This document shows, piece after piece, positions 60,856-64,000 of a DNA stretch of 64,000 bases. Each line of letters starts with the position of its first letter. The stretch's first letter is position 1. The translations under genes and the position numbers were made by a program. The stretch lies in the NCBI GenBank assembly GCA_008632985.1, contig QPGO01000015.1, forward strand, positions 187,998 to 251,997, given 5' to 3'. The notes beneath the pieces are model-generated. The model was given only the letters and a program-made list of their open reading frames with translations, ran no database searches and was not told where the DNA came from. Source of the stretch: Psammoneis japonica (lineage: Eukaryota).

Positions 60856-62387
60856 ATGATAGCTTCAGATTCATCATCATCATTGTCTTCGCTTGACTTA
60901 CTCGAGGCCGAAGTAACCAACGATGTCCCTGCACGAAAGCTCACGCGGTCCTTCAGCTCGAGTAGCTCCAGTACAAGTTCTACGCAAACAGCAGCAGGTT
61001 CTCCCCCCAGCCCAAGCAACAGCAGTCAAATGTATCTGCGACGTCGAGATACGGGATTGGAAGAGCCCCCATTACCATCAATGTCCTCAGATGGTTCACC
61101 TGCACCTATGGAGCCCGGGCTGATGAGTCGTTTTTTGTTGGGACCCCATAACTTTGACCCAAACCCTCCCGTACTTCGTGTGCGCAAGGAGAGCGATTTT
61201 GATGCTGGTAAGCTTCCATTTCCGCCCTCAACCACCACAGAGACCGTCACAGCCGTAAGATCTCGAGAGGAAATTGTCGTTCACTTTCTGATGGAGCTTA
61301 TGATGCTACGCAGAGACGCCTTTGTGATATTTATGGGAGTCATGTTTCAGTGGATGCACAGCATCTTCACCAATATTGCATACTACTACCACGCGAAGCT
61401 CACCGCAGCCCAACGCGTTCCTCTAAGCGACGCATTCTTTGATGTCCTCCCCACCATGTCGGGAGCGTGGTGGATAGCTTCGGAGTTCCTTGTATATGGC
61501 ATGATTTTCACTTCGATCGCTACCATTGTTTCCATACTCTTCGTCCGTTGGAAGCCGCCTCACGGTAGACCTCTTTACTGTGTCCCCATTGCGAAAAGGA
61601 TACTTGTCACTGTTGGTGCTTGTCAGGCGCTCCGGATCGTTAGCTTCCTGATTACGACCCTGCCAGGACCTTCGAGACAATGCCTCTACCATGTGCCGGA
61701 AGATATGACGAGAGATGAAATGTTGAACGGACCCGCGGATGATCGGGGCAACCCTGAAGGATGGATGCCACCAACTACAACGTATGACATTATCTGGAGA
61801 ATGGATGCGACTAACGGCTGCGGCGATCTTATGTTTTCCAGTCACACGATCTTCACAATGATGTTTGTGTGCGTCGGCTTTATCTATTTCAACTGGAGAT
61901 TTTACAAGTGGACAATGGTTGCAATTCAAGTAAGCGCAGGCTGTTCTGGCGATATTCAATGGGTACCTCTTTTGCTTCGTGTCTCATCACTAACAATTTT
62001 GTCCTCTCATTTTGCCTGTCTCAGATCTTTACGATTCCTTTTATTCTGGCTGCTCATAAACATTATTCAGTTGACGTTTTCACAGCGCTGTACGTCACCC
62101 CGCTTGTGAGCGAGATGCTCAGACTCAAGCTTCCTGATAAAGATATCAACTCCGCAGATATGGCTCGCCACTATGGGCTGCGCTTTTATCTTGCAAGGGG
62201 TGCAAGTTCATATGTGGTAGCAATGTGGGGCAAGGAGTTTTATGTTGAACCTCACGATCTGCCGATGGACATGCAAGAAGCTCACAACAATCTCAACCAA
62301 AGATATCCATCCAAAGGATATCCATCCAAAGGATGGGGGACAGAAACGGGCAATGAACTCATGGAACTGGACCCAATGATTGTATAG
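60856..62387 (+). CDS. Inositol-phosphorylceramide/sphingomyelin synthase-like protein, intron 61930-62024
   Basis: LRIVSFLITTLPGP, CGDLMFSSHT and HKHYSVDV catalytic motifs. Confidence 0.92.
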
Positions 62388-63689
62388 CAAAACACGAGCC
62401 GTGAAGCAAGTTAATATCACGTCGGCTATTCGATGTGCTGTGACGCCAACGGTCTCAATAATGAATAGGTTTTTGCTTTTTTCCTCAACAGAACAATTCT
62501 CTGACCATTTGGTGACGGAGCATCTAGAGTACAGCAAAGGCGTTATGGGGTGGAATAGCTCTTTACTTTCATCTTATCAACGTGCTTTACCGCCAGAGCG
62601 GACGCGGAAGCTGAGGGTACCCTAATGGACAAAACATTCTGAAGCCAGAGCCTCCTGCCTCTAGGGCTAGTAGCCTGTTGCTGGTGAGTTTCCGAAGAAG
62701 TCTACGTGTTGAAATGTCAACGTGATTACATACCATGCCGGACTCGGTATCGATTTTTGGCGCAATTAAGTCCATCCGATCGATAGTTGGGAAGGAGACG
62801 AGGCTACAGTACCCTCTAGCTAGTAGGTACAGTACTGTCCAGGTTATCGCTGACGCGGAGGAAATGCGAAAACGTGATTTAACAGTCGCCAGTCAATCCC
62901 AGTATGATGGGATCCGATTGCTCCCATCCTTTGAGAGATCTGTTTGCATCTTGGGAGAGTCGAGCTTCTTGACCACCTGACGAGTCCTCAGAGGAGGAAG
63001 ACTTCAGCAGAACAGTTGTTTGCTGCAAGACCCTGAAGGCGCCATGGGTAACGCGCATGGGTATAGGGATACTAGGGAAACTTTGACACCAGTTTGGCTG
63101 ACTGTGATCGTGCAGTTTGTTTTCGCTGAAGTGACTCTATGAAAGGATGATTCGAGTACAATATGGACGTGTGGAGGTGCTCGTGGTTTTCATTCTTCAG
63201 TGCTAGTAATGCACTTTTGATCATTTGTGGAAATGTCATTCACGCCACTCCCTTACTACTCGCCGTTGCAAGGCTTCCTACTCGAAACCAAGACCTGTGC
63301 TTGGCTCGATAAACCACTGTTGCTGCTCCAGCGTTTAACGGCTTGCTTGCATGCATGCAATCTTCGACAAAGCCATTGTTACTAGTCCAGCGTTTCACAG
63401 CTTGCTTGCATGCAATCTTCATGGCAATTCGAAGCTGCATAAGGTATTGCACAACAATTCAAGCTCCAGCATGGCCCTCTAGTCAGATACTGTGAGCTGG
63501 GGAGTTTACCCAATAGCTAACAAAACGAGCCCGATTACCATTCTGACGCATCAACTGAAGCAGTAGACCATCAAACTAACTCATATCTATCGTTTCTATT
63601 GTGCTGATTTGTTTTCGGTTTTAGCCTAGAAAGTCGAAACACATTGGGACTCGTATATCATATGGTACATCCATTGGAATCCCTCATGA

Positions 63690-64000
63690 CTAGAGGAACC
63701 CCATTGCTGTTAGCTCTTGCTTTGAAATGATAATAAGCTGTGCGAGAAAGACAACCTGAAGGATGCTAAGGCCCGTAAGGCAAAGTTTGACGATTTTAAT
63801 CACAGTCCTTCTCGACTTGGCGTGAGGGCTGTCGCCATTGAGAGCAAGAGCACAATCATTGGTGCAGTAGTAGCCAGCGATAGGCCACATGAAAACTCTG
63901 CAAATGAAGAAAGCGATCACGAAGCACACACCAATTGCAGCCTTGTGATTCGGGAATGCTTCGCCAAGCCCAGGGACGCCGTGCTGATTATCAAAATTCG
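63690..64000 (-). CDS. 3' end of a TLC-domain (TMEM56-like) membrane protein, partial
   Basis: GVCFVIAFFICRVFMWP and LTGLSILQVVFL; the frame extends past the window end. Confidence 0.6.
   Translation of the reverse strand, partial: NFDNQHGVPGLGEAFPNHKAAIGVCFVIAFFICRVFMWPIAGYYCTNDCALALNGDSPHAKSRRTVIKIVKLCLTGLSILQVVFLAQLIIISKQELTAMGFL

Overview
Eukaryotic DNA with short GT-AG introns, most likely from a diatom (diatom-type cyclin, Copia/Ngaro/Plavaka relics). Host genes: an amino-acid transporter, a NUDIX hydrolase, a FAM173-type methyltransferase, ATP-citrate lyase, a mitochondrial carrier, eEF2, an HSA/SNF2-like/SANT chromatin protein, a front-end desaturase, a cyclin, BDP1, an IPC/sphingomyelin synthase and a TLC protein. 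The main signal is in the repeat-derived blocks (~13.3-17.5, 37.7-38.9, 41.4-54.4, 56.7-57.2 and 58.0-58.6 kb), which have lost almost all TpA. Aligning a decayed cyclin duplicate (53.4-54.6 kb) to its intact paralog (39.0-40.2 kb) shows systematic TpA->TpG/CpA changes, the reverse of fungal RIP, in addition to ordinary CpG decay. The process prefers certain flanking bases, fades over a gradient at block edges and can occur without CpG loss, which suggests a repeat-targeted hypermutation system I do not know to be described. Also notable is an unconverted piggyBac-like element carrying a YqaJ-type nuclease domain. Alignments and counts were done by eye, and boundaries are approximate.
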